In this document: positions 55,849 through 64,000 of the stretch, piece after piece
Position numbering within the stretch: the first letter of the stretch is position 1
Layout: every line of letters begins with the position of its first letter
From: Bacteroidales bacterium
GTDB taxonomy: Bacteria; Bacteroidota; Bacteroidia; Bacteroidales; UBA3824
Assembly (NCBI GenBank): GCA_045597465.1
Contig: JAZLKG010000103.1
Span: 404-64,403, forward strand
Direction: 5' to 3'
DNA: 64,000 nt
Notes under the pieces: model-generated
Database searches by the model: none
Told to the model about the DNA's origin: nothing
What the model saw: the letters and a program-made list of their open reading frames with translations, nothing else
Position numbers and translations under genes: made by a program

Positions 55849-57030
55849 TCACTTCCCATACACCACCCGTCTCCAAACCCACTCCAACGGACCTCTGTCG
55901 AAATTCCTCAGCCAGAGCCAGGCAAAGCACATCAGAAACAGATAAACTCCTACTGCCACGAGTTCGGTCTGCCACAATCCGAGAGAGCATCCGAGGCCGA
56001 AGCCCACGCCATAGAACAGCACAACGCCCATCACCGACTGCGAGATATACGTCGTCAGCGACATCTTGCCGGGCAGGGCAAGAGATTTCCAGATTGCGGA
56101 ATTGCGGGTATAGAGATACAGAATCGACAAGGCGGCCATATATCCCACACCAAGCGGATACACCGAGAACACATATATAATAGAGTGCACGATTTTGCCG
56201 AAAGGATAATCGCAAGTGGCGCTCCAGGCGTACATTCCAGACAGTGGAAGGGCAACACATATCGCGACTTTGCAAACCTTTTTAAGAAGCGGTTTCTGCG
56301 CCTCAATGTTGGCGTGGATACCGTTTTTGCCGATATAGAGGCCAAGGACAAAGAGTCCGAGAACCTTGAAATATCTGTGACTTGAGACGAACTCCCACAT
56401 CCTCTCGAAAGCGCCCTGAACAAGAAACTGCGACATTCCAACGTAGCTGTCGGCATCGCGGAGCCAGGTGTGGAAATTCTCCTCACAGATACCGAACCTT
56501 CCGGCCCAATACCACCAGGCATCGTAAGGAACCTGACTTGGATCGATTCCTGTAACGGCAATCAGTATATCGCAAAGCACTGGCAAGAGCAGCAGCGCCG
56601 ACGCCCATATCAACAGAGTCTTGTTGGAACAGTTGTAGAATACAGGCAAAACCATTCCCATCAATGCATAAAGAAGGAGAATGTCTCCGCTCCATATCAG
56701 CATCAGATGAAGGAAACCGAAAAGGGCGAGCATCAGCATCCGCCGGTAAAAAATCCTCATTCCATCGGCGCCACGCTTCTTGGCGTTTCCGATAATGATA
56801 GAGAATCCGATTCCGAAAAGCACAGAGAATATTGTGTAGAACTTGCCGTCGATAAGCAGCAACTGAAGCCAACGTGTTACGCCGTCGGCATCAGCGGAAG
56901 GCATGGCAGCCGCCACGCTCTCGGGCAGGAAACTGTACAGCGAGAACTCCGGGAAGTTGGCCAAGGCAATTCCCAAGAGCGCAAAGCCCCTCAAGGCATC
57001 AAGAATCTGGATACGTGGATTGTTTGTCAT
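55849..57030 (-). CDS. DUF418 (YeiB-like) polytopic membrane protein
   Basis: N-terminus RIQILDALRGFALLGIALANFPEF is typical of DUF418/YeiB. It has many TM helices. GC-richer than its neighbours. Confidence 0.8.
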   Translation of the reverse strand: MTNNPRIQILDALRGFALLGIALANFPEFSLYSFLPESVAAAMPSADADGVTRWLQLLLIDGKFYTIFSVLFGIGFSIIIGNAKKRGADGMRIFYRRMLMLALFGFLHLMLIWSGDILLLYALMGMVLPVFYNCSNKTLLIWASALLLLPVLCDILIAVTGIDPSQVPYDAWWYWAGRFGICEENFHTWLRDADSYVGMSQFLVQGAFERMWEFVSSHRYFKVLGLFVLGLYIGKNGIHANIEAQKPLLKKVCKVAICVALPLSGMYAWSATCDYPFGKIVHSIIYVFSVYPLGVGYMAALSILYLYTRNSAIWKSLALPGKMSLTTYISQSVMGVVLFYGVGFGLGCSLGLWQTELVAVGVYLFLMCFAWLWLRNFDRGPLEWVWRRVVYGK

Positions 57031-57043
57031 TGTTGTCAGCAGA

Positions 57044-57673
57044 TTACTTCTTCACCATAACGTTCACAATCTCACCCACATACATCACGTGAGCGGCGGT
57101 ATCGCCATTGGTGTACATAGCGCGCATGTGGTCGGGAAGTTTGGAATGATCGAGCAATGTGGAATATACGGTCTTGCACTCCACGGCGAGGGTGGCCTCC
57201 TTGAAGACAGGGTTGCCAAGCTCGGTGAATTCCACGGTAAGGCCTGCCGAAGCAGCCTTGTCCTTCTCGTCGCGGCCCGAGTGCGAGCCCATATACTGAA
57301 GCGCAGGACGCGCATCGCCTGGGAATGCAGTCACTGTGAAATATGGCGACGACTTCATAAACTCGTTGGTATGGCGTGAGGTGCGCACATAGACATTCAC
57401 TACCGGGCGCCCCCAAAGCATTCCCCAAGTGCCCCACCCTATCGTCATTGCATTGTAGGCAGTATCGTTTCCTGCTGCGAGCAGCATCCACTGGTCACGG
57501 AGACCGGCTATTGGATTGTATGGAATCTCGTCGGAGGATACGGTTTTCCACTCGGTGACGCGAGCCTCCTGAGCGGTGAGTTTCTTGTTGTTGTCTGATG
57601 CGCTGTTATTGGAGCATCCTGAGAATGAAAGCATTGCGGCAACTGCCGAGGCAAGGAATATGAGTTTTTTCAT
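57044..57673 (-). CDS. Flavin reductase-like (FMN-binding split barrel) protein with lipoprotein signal peptide
   Basis: The core DQWMLLAAGN...NAMTIGWGTWGMLWGRPVV...GSHSGRDEKDK...HVMYVGEI resembles flavin reductase family proteins. The N-terminus MKKLIFLASAVAAMLSFSGC is lipoprotein-like. Confidence 0.7.
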   Translation of the reverse strand: MKKLIFLASAVAAMLSFSGCSNNSASDNNKKLTAQEARVTEWKTVSSDEIPYNPIAGLRDQWMLLAAGNDTAYNAMTIGWGTWGMLWGRPVVNVYVRTSRHTNEFMKSSPYFTVTAFPGDARPALQYMGSHSGRDEKDKAASAGLTVEFTELGNPVFKEATLAVECKTVYSTLLDHSKLPDHMRAMYTNGDTAAHVMYVGEIVNVMVKK

Positions 57674-57775
57674 TGTGTTTTGTAGTTTTTTTGGGGTTAT
57701 AACGATTTGACTATGGCAGAGGGAGGAGGTTTAATTTTTTATCATAACTGCCCAAAAGCTCAACCTTTTTTTCGC

Positions 57776-57875
57776 AGAATTTGCACAGATTCTCAAGTTT
57801 TGAATCAGGAATTCCCAAAAATTGCCCAAAATCTCAATATTTTCTTTGAGGAATTTGCACAGATTCTCAAGTTTT
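57776..57875. repeat. Pair of 26-bp perfect direct repeats
   Basis: gaatttgcacagattctcaagttttg occurs at 57776-57801 and at 57850-57875. Between them lies ttcccaaaaattgcccaaaatctc, related to the GCCAAAA words at 59.1-59.5 kb. Confidence 0.85.
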
Positions 57876-58000
57876 GGAGGATTCTGAATTTTCAGTTATA
57901 ACTGAAAAAAAAAATAGGCAGACTTGAAGTCCGCCTAATTTTATAGAACTCATAGCCGTAAAACAGTCCGCATCTTATTCCACGATATATAACGCCGAAA

Positions 58001-58714
58001 TCATTTCAATTCTTTCTTCAACTTCTCAACAACAACCTCAGAACTCTTCCGTGCTGAATTGTCGAGAGAATAATTGAACCCGTTTTGTATCGGCTTAACA
58101 ATCAACATAGGTCTTATACCTTCAAGCAAAACATTGGCTATCTCAACATTGCCCTTATTTACTGACTTACCAATAAGGCTATCACAAACTGAGTTGTTAA
58201 TAGAGACATAGCGAATATATTTCGCATTATTGGAGATCGTTAAAGAGTCAAAAACATCTCCACGTACAGCTTCGATAGACGAAGTAAAAGAAGATAGAAC
58301 CTCACTTAGTTTCACTTTGTTGCCGAGACTATCATAATATGCGATCTCCTTCTTGAAAACAAATCCATTCACCAACTCGAAGTTACTGAGAGTAGAATCA
58401 GTCTCTTCGTTCTCCTTCTTGTCCTTTGACATTTTGCCAAGGACCTTATGAGCCTTGGCAAAATCACCATCCTCTACCAAGGAATAAATATGGGAAGTGT
58501 AATCGTATGTAAAATGCTTATAAAGGAAATAACCACCTACTACCAAACCAACAAAAAAGATAAAGACTATCCAACGAACAATGGCTATTCGCCTTCTTTC
58601 TTTTCGTTCTCTTTCTTCTCTTTCTCTTTTTTCCTCTTCGCTTTCATCAAACAATCCGCCGATAAATTTTCCAATTCCAATCGCAGCGGAAATTGTACCC
58701 AATGTTATGGACAT
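58001..58714 (-). CDS. Hypothetical membrane-anchored protein with charged ER-rich linker
   Basis: 237 aa. N-terminal amphipathic Gly-rich segment, EEEKREREERERKERRR, a TM (WIVFIFFVGLVVGGYFLY) and a soluble C-terminal domain with no motif. AT-rich codon usage. Confidence 0.55.
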   Translation of the reverse strand: MSITLGTISAAIGIGKFIGGLFDESEEEKREREERERKERRRIAIVRWIVFIFFVGLVVGGYFLYKHFTYDYTSHIYSLVEDGDFAKAHKVLGKMSKDKKENEETDSTLSNFELVNGFVFKKEIAYYDSLGNKVKLSEVLSSFTSSIEAVRGDVFDSLTISNNAKYIRYVSINNSVCDSLIGKSVNKGNVEIANVLLEGIRPMLIVKPIQNGFNYSLDNSARKSSEVVVEKLKKELK

Positions 58715-59129
58715 AATAAATTGTTTTTTTAGAGCATTGTCACTGCCTAAAAACGTTGATGACCAAGCACAAAAAACGTGGACAAACTATATCCACATTC
58801 CAGGTGCTTGGTCATACCTTGTCCGAAAGATATAAGTTGATGCCCACGCAATAGCGCGAGCATTCGCAACTCATCCTAATTCGGACATCCTTATGCGACC
58901 AAGCTTCGGAATGTTTTTAGAATAGTAGCAAACGCTAGTTAATAATATGTTAATTAATTGTACGCAAATAAATTACGTAATTGAGACCATTGTTTTTGTA
59001 ATAATGATTTCAACATTGACAAAATTGATAATAATTTGTCGAAAAAACAAATGATTGAACGATTATTTTTATTTACCTCGGCCTCACGTAGCCGACAATA
59101 TCAATAGTGCAGTACCAATTTTCCCTCCA

Positions 59130-59510
59130 CTAAATTGCCAAAAGTTGCAAAAATCACAACTTTTGGCAATTTAGCGTATGATAACTCGCCATTAACTCAA
59201 AAAAATTGAGATTTTGGCGAGTTATCGTTATTATAACTCGCCATTAACTCGAAAAAATTATGATTTTGGCAAAATAAACACCAATTAAATTGCCAAAAGT
59301 CACAAAAAACACAACTTTTGGCAAAATAAACATCAACTAAATTGCCAAAAGTTACATTTTTGAGAGATTTTGGCAATTTATCACCATAATAACTCGCCAT
59401 TAACTCGAAAAAATTTTGATTTTGGCGAGTTATCATTATCATAAAATGCCAAAATCATAAAAAAAATGAGATTTTGGCAAATTATCACTATCATAAAATG
59501 CCAAAATCTA
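59130..59510. repeat. Dense array of at least six hairpins built on TTGCCAAAA/TTTTGGCAA and ATAACTCGCCA/TGGCGAGTTAT words
   Basis: Hairpins at 59130-59174 (18-bp arms), 59180-59226, 59290-59323, 59339-59379, 59389-59433 and 59447-59479. Direct repeat tatcataaaatgccaaaatc at 59437 and 59489. Confidence 0.85.
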
Positions 59511-59521
59511 AAAATAATACG

Positions 59522-59529
59522 TATATTTG
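59522..59529 (+). promoter_or_regulatory. -7 box for the right ATPase gene
   Basis: TATATTTG lies 21 nt upstream of ATG 59550. Confidence 0.45.
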
Positions 59530-59549
59530 CATCATAAATTCCAAGCACA

Positions 59550-60983
59550 ATGAACATAATAGGACGCATAAACGAGATAAAAAAACTTGAAGACTTGTAC
59601 CAAAGCGACAAGTCTGAATTCGTTGCAATATACGGCAGACGACGTGTCGGCAAGACTTTTCTAATAAAAGAATTGTTCAAAAAACGTCTGACATTTTATC
59701 ACACAGGACTTTCTCCGTATGACAAATACGATGGGAATCATATGCACAATCAGATAAAAGCCTTTTACAATAGCATGATGGCCTTTGGATTAGAGCCTGA
59801 CGAAAAACCACTAAACTGGTTGGAAGCATTCTTCATGCTTGAAAGAGCCCTCTCCAAAATCGACGAAGGTCAACGAATAGTAATATTCATAGATGAATTA
59901 CCCTGGATGGATACACCCAAATCGCTATTCATAACAGCTTTGGAGCATTTTTGGAACAGCTGGTGCAATTATAGGGATAATGTAATGCTGATTGTTTGCG
60001 GTTCTGCAACATCGTGGATGGTCCACAATCTGATAAACAACAAAGGCGGATTGTACAACCGACTTACATATAACATAAAACTTGAGCCGTTTACACTTTT
60101 GGAATGTGAGAGATATTTCAAAAGCAAAAACATGGCAATGAGTCGTTACGACATAGTAGAAACATATATGGCTGTAGGTGGAATCCCTATGTATTTGAGC
60201 CAATTTGAAAAAGGTCTTAGTGTACCAAAGAATCTAGACAAAATCATATTCAACAAGAACGCTATCCTCCAACTGGAATTCAAAAGGCTGTTCGGCTCAC
60301 TCTTTATAAATCCTGAAGCCTACGAGAAAACTATAAAAGCCATTGCGAAAACAAGATCAGGAAGCACAAGAAACGAAATAATAAAGGAGACCAACATGAA
60401 ATCAGGGAAAGGCATTTCCACGATATTAGACAACTTGGAAGCCTGCGACTTTATAATACACTACAAGCCATACGACACCAAGAAAACTGTAAAATACAAA
60501 CTAGTTGACCCATTCATACAAACTTGGCTTTCGTTTATGGCAGACAGTAAGCCCAAAGACAATTTCTGGGAGTCAAACTACAAAACCAACACTCTGAACT
60601 CATGGAGGGGACTGGCTTTCGAGAACGTATGCTTCAACCACATCAGACAAATCAAAAACAAACTGGAATGTGGAGGCGTACTTAGCATAGAACAACCCCT
60701 TATAATATACGGAGAAGACGGCAAAACAGAAACTCAGATAGATATGTTGATTATCAGGAATGACAACGTGGCAAATCTTTGCGAGATTAAATTCTGCAAA
60801 GACGAGTTTGCAATAGATGAAAAATACAGGAGAAAAGTAGAGGCTCGAGCCGACAAACTACTGGAGACTCTCCCCAAAAAAAGTTCCGTACACATAACAT
60901 TCATCACCACATTCGGAGTAAAGCAGAATATGTATTCCGGCATAGTGCAAAACTCGGTAACTATGGAGGATTTGTTTTTGTAA
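59550..60983 (+). CDS. P-loop ATPase (ATPase_2-like) fused to PD-(D/E)xK-like C-terminal domain, paralogue of 48045-49490
   Basis: Walker A GRRRVGKT, Walker B VIFIDELPW and C-terminal QIDMLI...LCEIKF. Confidence 0.82.
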   Translation: MNIIGRINEIKKLEDLYQSDKSEFVAIYGRRRVGKTFLIKELFKKRLTFYHTGLSPYDKYDGNHMHNQIKAFYNSMMAFGLEPDEKPLNWLEAFFMLERALSKIDEGQRIVIFIDELPWMDTPKSLFITALEHFWNSWCNYRDNVMLIVCGSATSWMVHNLINNKGGLYNRLTYNIKLEPFTLLECERYFKSKNMAMSRYDIVETYMAVGGIPMYLSQFEKGLSVPKNLDKIIFNKNAILQLEFKRLFGSLFINPEAYEKTIKAIAKTRSGSTRNEIIKETNMKSGKGISTILDNLEACDFIIHYKPYDTKKTVKYKLVDPFIQTWLSFMADSKPKDNFWESNYKTNTLNSWRGLAFENVCFNHIRQIKNKLECGGVLSIEQPLIIYGEDGKTETQIDMLIIRNDNVANLCEIKFCKDEFAIDEKYRRKVEARADKLLETLPKKSSVHITFITTFGVKQNMYSGIVQNSVTMEDLFL

Positions 60984-61012
60984 TTTTTTTTGTTACTTTC
61001 AATAATTACAAC

Positions 61013-61020
61013 TAACTTTG
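61013..61020 (+). promoter_or_regulatory. -7 box for purM-like gene
   Basis: TAACTTTG lies 33 nt upstream of ATG 61053. Confidence 0.4.
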
Positions 61021-61052
61021 CGGTGTATATACATTTTAATCAATAGATACCC

Positions 61053-62222
61053 ATGGAAGAAGAACTCCGCTATGGACAGCGCGGTGTATCCGCCTCTAAG
61101 ACAGAGGTCCACAATGCAATTAAGAATATCGACAAGGGCGTTTTCCCTAACGCCTTCTGTAAGGTGGTTCCAGACATTCTGGCTGGCGATCCCGAATATT
61201 GTGTAATCATGCACGCCGACGGCGCAGGCACAAAGTCGTCATTAGCATACGCTTACTGGAAGGAGACCGGCGACCTCTCGGTTTGGAAAGGCATCGCTCA
61301 GGACTCTCTCATCATGAATGTAGACGACCTCATCTGCGTGGGCGCCACCGACAATATCCTCGTTAGCTCCACAATAGGCCGCAACGCCAACGTGATTCCA
61401 GGCGAGGTGATCTCTGAAGTCATCAACTCTACCGACGCCCTCATGGCTCAGCTCCGCAGCTACGGAATCGAGATCTACGGCACTGGCGGCGAGACTGCCG
61501 ACGTTGGAGACCTCGTACGCACCATCATCGTGGACAGCACCGTTACCTGCCGCATGAAGCGCTCCGACGTTATCGAGTGCAACATCAAGCCCGGCGACGT
61601 GATAGTTGGCCTTGCTTCTTTCGGTCAGGCATCTTACGAGACCGAGTACAACGGCGGAACTGGCTCAAACGGACTCACATCAGCCCGCCACGACGTTTTC
61701 TGCAAGGACGTTGCAAACAAGTATCCTGAGACCTACGACCACGCTATTCCAGAGAACCTCGTTTATTCTGGCTCTATGAAGCTCACCGACAAGGTGGCAG
61801 GCGTTGACGTAAACGCAGGCAAGCTCGTACTCTCCCCCACCCGTACCTACGCACCTATCGTAAAGAAGGTTTTGGAGAAATACCGCAGCAAGATTTCCGC
61901 GATGATCCACTGCTCGGGCGGCGCTCAGACCAAGGTAATCAACTTCATCAAGAATATCCACGTTGTTAAGGACAACCTCTTCCCAGTGCCACCACTCTTC
62001 GCCCTCATCCAGGAGCAGAGCAAGACACCTTGGAAAGAAATGTACAAGGTATTCAACATGGGACACCGTTTCGAGTTCTACACCGACAAGGAGACAGCCC
62101 AGGCCATCATCGAGATTTCCAAGTCGTTCAACGTGGACGCTCAGATAATCGGCTACTGCGAGGCCGCCGACGAAAAGAATGTAACCATCAAGTCCGACAA
62201 GGGCACTTTTAATTATAGATAA
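61053..62222 (+). CDS. purM: AIR synthase-related protein (PurM-like phosphoribosylformylglycinamidine cyclo-ligase)
   Basis: 389 aa. HADGAGTKS and later GGETAD motifs are typical of the PurM superfamily, Bacteroidota long form. Confidence 0.8.
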   Translation: MEEELRYGQRGVSASKTEVHNAIKNIDKGVFPNAFCKVVPDILAGDPEYCVIMHADGAGTKSSLAYAYWKETGDLSVWKGIAQDSLIMNVDDLICVGATDNILVSSTIGRNANVIPGEVISEVINSTDALMAQLRSYGIEIYGTGGETADVGDLVRTIIVDSTVTCRMKRSDVIECNIKPGDVIVGLASFGQASYETEYNGGTGSNGLTSARHDVFCKDVANKYPETYDHAIPENLVYSGSMKLTDKVAGVDVNAGKLVLSPTRTYAPIVKKVLEKYRSKISAMIHCSGGAQTKVINFIKNIHVVKDNLFPVPPLFALIQEQSKTPWKEMYKVFNMGHRFEFYTDKETAQAIIEISKSFNVDAQIIGYCEAADEKNVTIKSDKGTFNYR

Positions 62223-62225
62223 TAA

Positions 62226-63317
62226 ATGGCAGAAAATCTTATTTTAACAAAGCTTGAAGGCGTTAAGCAGCGTTTCGACGAGGTATCAGAACTCGTGAAC
62301 TCGGCAGACGTGATGTCTGACATGAAGCGCTACGTGGCCCTCAACAAGGAATTCAAGAACCTGGAGCCTATCATAAAGGCTTACGACGAATACAAGAAAA
62401 TCCTCGCCAACATAGAGGAGGCCAAGCAGATACTCGCCGAGGAGAAGGACGAGGAAATGCGCGAGATGGCCAAGGAGGAGATGAACTCGCTCACCGAGTC
62501 TTTGCCTGCACGCGAGGAGGAAATCAAGCTCATGCTCCTGCCCAAGGACCCCGAGGACGAGAAAAACGCAATCTTCGAAATCCGTGGCGGTACTGGCGGC
62601 GACGAGGCAGCCCTCTTTGCCGGCGACCTCTACCGCATGTACTGCAAATATTTCGAGAAGCGCCGCTGGAAGGTGGAGGTTACACGTTTCACCGAGGGCA
62701 CCATGGGTGGCTACAAGGAAATAGTGTTCACCGTATCATCATCAAGCGAGGGCGTTTACGGAATCATGAAATACGAGTCGGGCGTTCACCGTGTACAGCG
62801 TGTGCCTGATACCGAGACTCAGGGCCGTATCCATACATCGGCAGCATCAGTGGTAGTATTGCCTGAGGCTGGCGAGTTCGACGTTGACCTCAAGGAGTCA
62901 GACGTTCGCAAGGATACATTCTGCTCGTCAGGTCCTGGTGGACAGTCGGTAAACACCACATACTCAGCCATCCGACTCACCCACATCCCTACAGGATTGG
63001 TTGTTACATGTCAGGACGAGAAGTCTCAGATCAAGAACCTCGAGAAGGCCATGCGCGAGCTCCGTTCACGCCTCTACGCCATCGAGTATCAGAAATATCT
63101 CGACAAGGTAGGATCTCAGCGCAAGACAATGGTTTCCACCGGCGACCGCTCGGCCAAGATCCGCACCTACAACTACCCACAGTCGCGAGTTACCGACCAC
63201 CGCATCAACCTCACACTCTACAACCTTCCTATCGTGATGGACGGCGAGATTGATGAGCTCATCGAGAAACTCCAGATTGCTGAAAACGCAGAACGTTTGA
63301 AGGAATCAGGCTTGTAA
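62226..63317 (+). CDS. prfA: Peptide chain release factor 1
   Basis: GGQ motif ([11 protein letters not shown]) and an RF1-type tripeptide region [14 protein letters not shown]. Confidence 0.93.
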   Translation: MAENLILTKLEGVKQRFDEVSELVNSADVMSDMKRYVALNKEFKNLEPIIKAYDEYKKILANIEEAKQILAEEKDEEMREMAKEEMNSLTESLPAREEEIKLMLLPKDPEDEKNAIFEIRGGTGGDEAALFAGDLYRMYCKYFEKRRWKVEVTRFTEGTMGGYKEIVFTVSSSSEGVYGIMKYESGVHRVQRVPDTETQGRIHTSAASVVVLPEAGEFDVDLKESDVRKDTFCSSGPGGQSVNTTYSAIRLTHIPTGLVVTCQDEKSQIKNLEKAMRELRSRLYAIEYQKYLDKVGSQRKTMVSTGDRSAKIRTYNYPQSRVTDHRINLTLYNLPIVMDGEIDELIEKLQIAENAERLKESGL

Positions 63318-63323
63318 TAGAAT

Positions 63324-63430
63324 AGAACGCAGATGACGCGGATTGAGCGGATTACCGCAGATATCAGGCTCACCTGCGTTCTTTAATAAATAAAAAACAG
63401 CGCAGATCCGCTCCATCCGCGTAATCTGCG
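63324..63430 (+). terminator. Compound inverted repeat after prfA built from gcagat/gcggat words
   Basis: 9-bp stem agaacgcag/ctgcgttct (63324-63382) followed by a T/A-rich run. A 25-nt imperfect inverted repeat joins 63328-63352 with 63406-63430. Confidence 0.55.
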
Positions 63431-63449
63431 TTCCAATAATCATTCATCC

Positions 63450-64000
63450 ATGAATTACAACGAAATCGCCGCACAGATCCAGAAGAAGAAATCCTTCCTC
63501 TGCGTAGGTCTGGATACTGATATCAACAAGATACCTCAGCACCTCCTGAGCGAGGAAGACCCAATATTCGCCTTCAACAAGGCAATAATCGACGCCACAG
63601 CGCCTTATACAGTGGCATACAAGCCAAACACAGCCTTCTATGAGTCGTTGGGCATCAAGGGCTGGATGGCGCTCGACAAAACCGCAAAATACATCAAGGA
63701 GAAATACCCTGAGATTTTCCTCATCGCTGACTGCAAGCGTGGCGACATCGGCAACACTTGCAAGATGTACGCAAAGGCATTCTTCCAGGAGATGCCTTTC
63801 GACGCCGTTACGCTCGCTCCATACATGGGCAAGGATTCGGTGGCTCCATTCCTCGAGTACGAGGGCAAGTGGTCGATAATACTCGCGCTCACATCAAATC
63901 CTTCGGCAGCCGACTATCAGTACGTAAAGGATGCTGATACCAACGAGCTCATCTACGAGAAGACCCTGAAATACGGTCAGCAGTGGGGCTCTGAGCAGAA
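63450..64000 (+). CDS. pyrF: Orotidine 5'-phosphate decarboxylase (5' part; runs off the right edge)
   Basis: Own translation from ATG 63450: [24 protein letters not shown]...[12 protein letters not shown]... It has the type-2 PyrF motifs [10 protein letters not shown] and LCVGLD. It is absent from the ORF track because no stop is reached. Confidence 0.85.
   Translation, partial: MNYNEIAAQIQKKKSFLCVGLDTDINKIPQHLLSEEDPIFAFNKAIIDATAPYTVAYKPNTAFYESLGIKGWMALDKTAKYIKEKYPEIFLIADCKRGDIGNTCKMYAKAFFQEMPFDAVTLAPYMGKDSVAPFLEYEGKWSIILALTSNPSAADYQYVKDADTNELIYEKTLKYGQQWGSEQ

Noticed and set aside
59197-59680. ORFs 59197-59442 (-) and 59381-59680 (-)
   Set aside because: They translate the hairpin array (repeated NFFELMAS-type peptides), and the second one runs into the start of the ATPase gene on the other strand.
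47535-61000. Calling the accessory region a prophage, ICE or transposon
   Set aside because: I could recognise no integrase, transposase, relaxase, capsid or terminase genes and no flanking tRNA. Only repeats and defence-like cargo are present.

Overview
This is a chromosomal segment with clear Bacteroidota (Bacteroidales-like) signatures: a gldK/L/M/N + porP type IX secretion core, several TonB paralogues, an ECF sigma/FecR/TonB-dependent receptor unit, and TAnnTTTG -7 promoter boxes. Bases 1-47.5 kb and 61-64 kb are densely packed housekeeping genes. These include rnc-fabF-acpP, deoC, dtd, pdxA, metK, rbfA, the F-type ATPase genes atpBEFHAG, trpS, topA, PBP1A, folK, an ABC-F ATPase, purM, prfA and pyrF. 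Bases ~47.5-61.0 kb are a visibly AT-richer, mosaic accessory region with no integrase or transposase. It is bracketed by two outward-facing paralogous P-loop ATPase/PD-(D/E)xK genes. It carries, all on the minus strand: an MqsR-like toxin; an antitoxin that fuses an MqsA-type HTH to a Panacea (DUF4065)-like domain; a ~430-nt hairpin-rich leader; two translationally coupled dynamin-like GTPases with hydrophobic C-terminal segments; and a 137-aa orphan. I consider this the best candidate for an unusual defence or membrane-stress system. Other notable items are: a RAYT-like Y1 transposase flanked by REP-like hairpins; a nested minisatellite upstream of a blaI/blaR-like operon; a duplicated promoter/operator block shared by two TonB operons; a possible SAM-II-like leader on metK; a 128-nt cytosine-free heptamer microsatellite in front of folK; and a dense TTGCCAAAA/TTTTGGCAA hairpin array. 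I recognised no rRNA, tRNA or CRISPR array. All homology calls come from motif recognition by eye, not from database searches.
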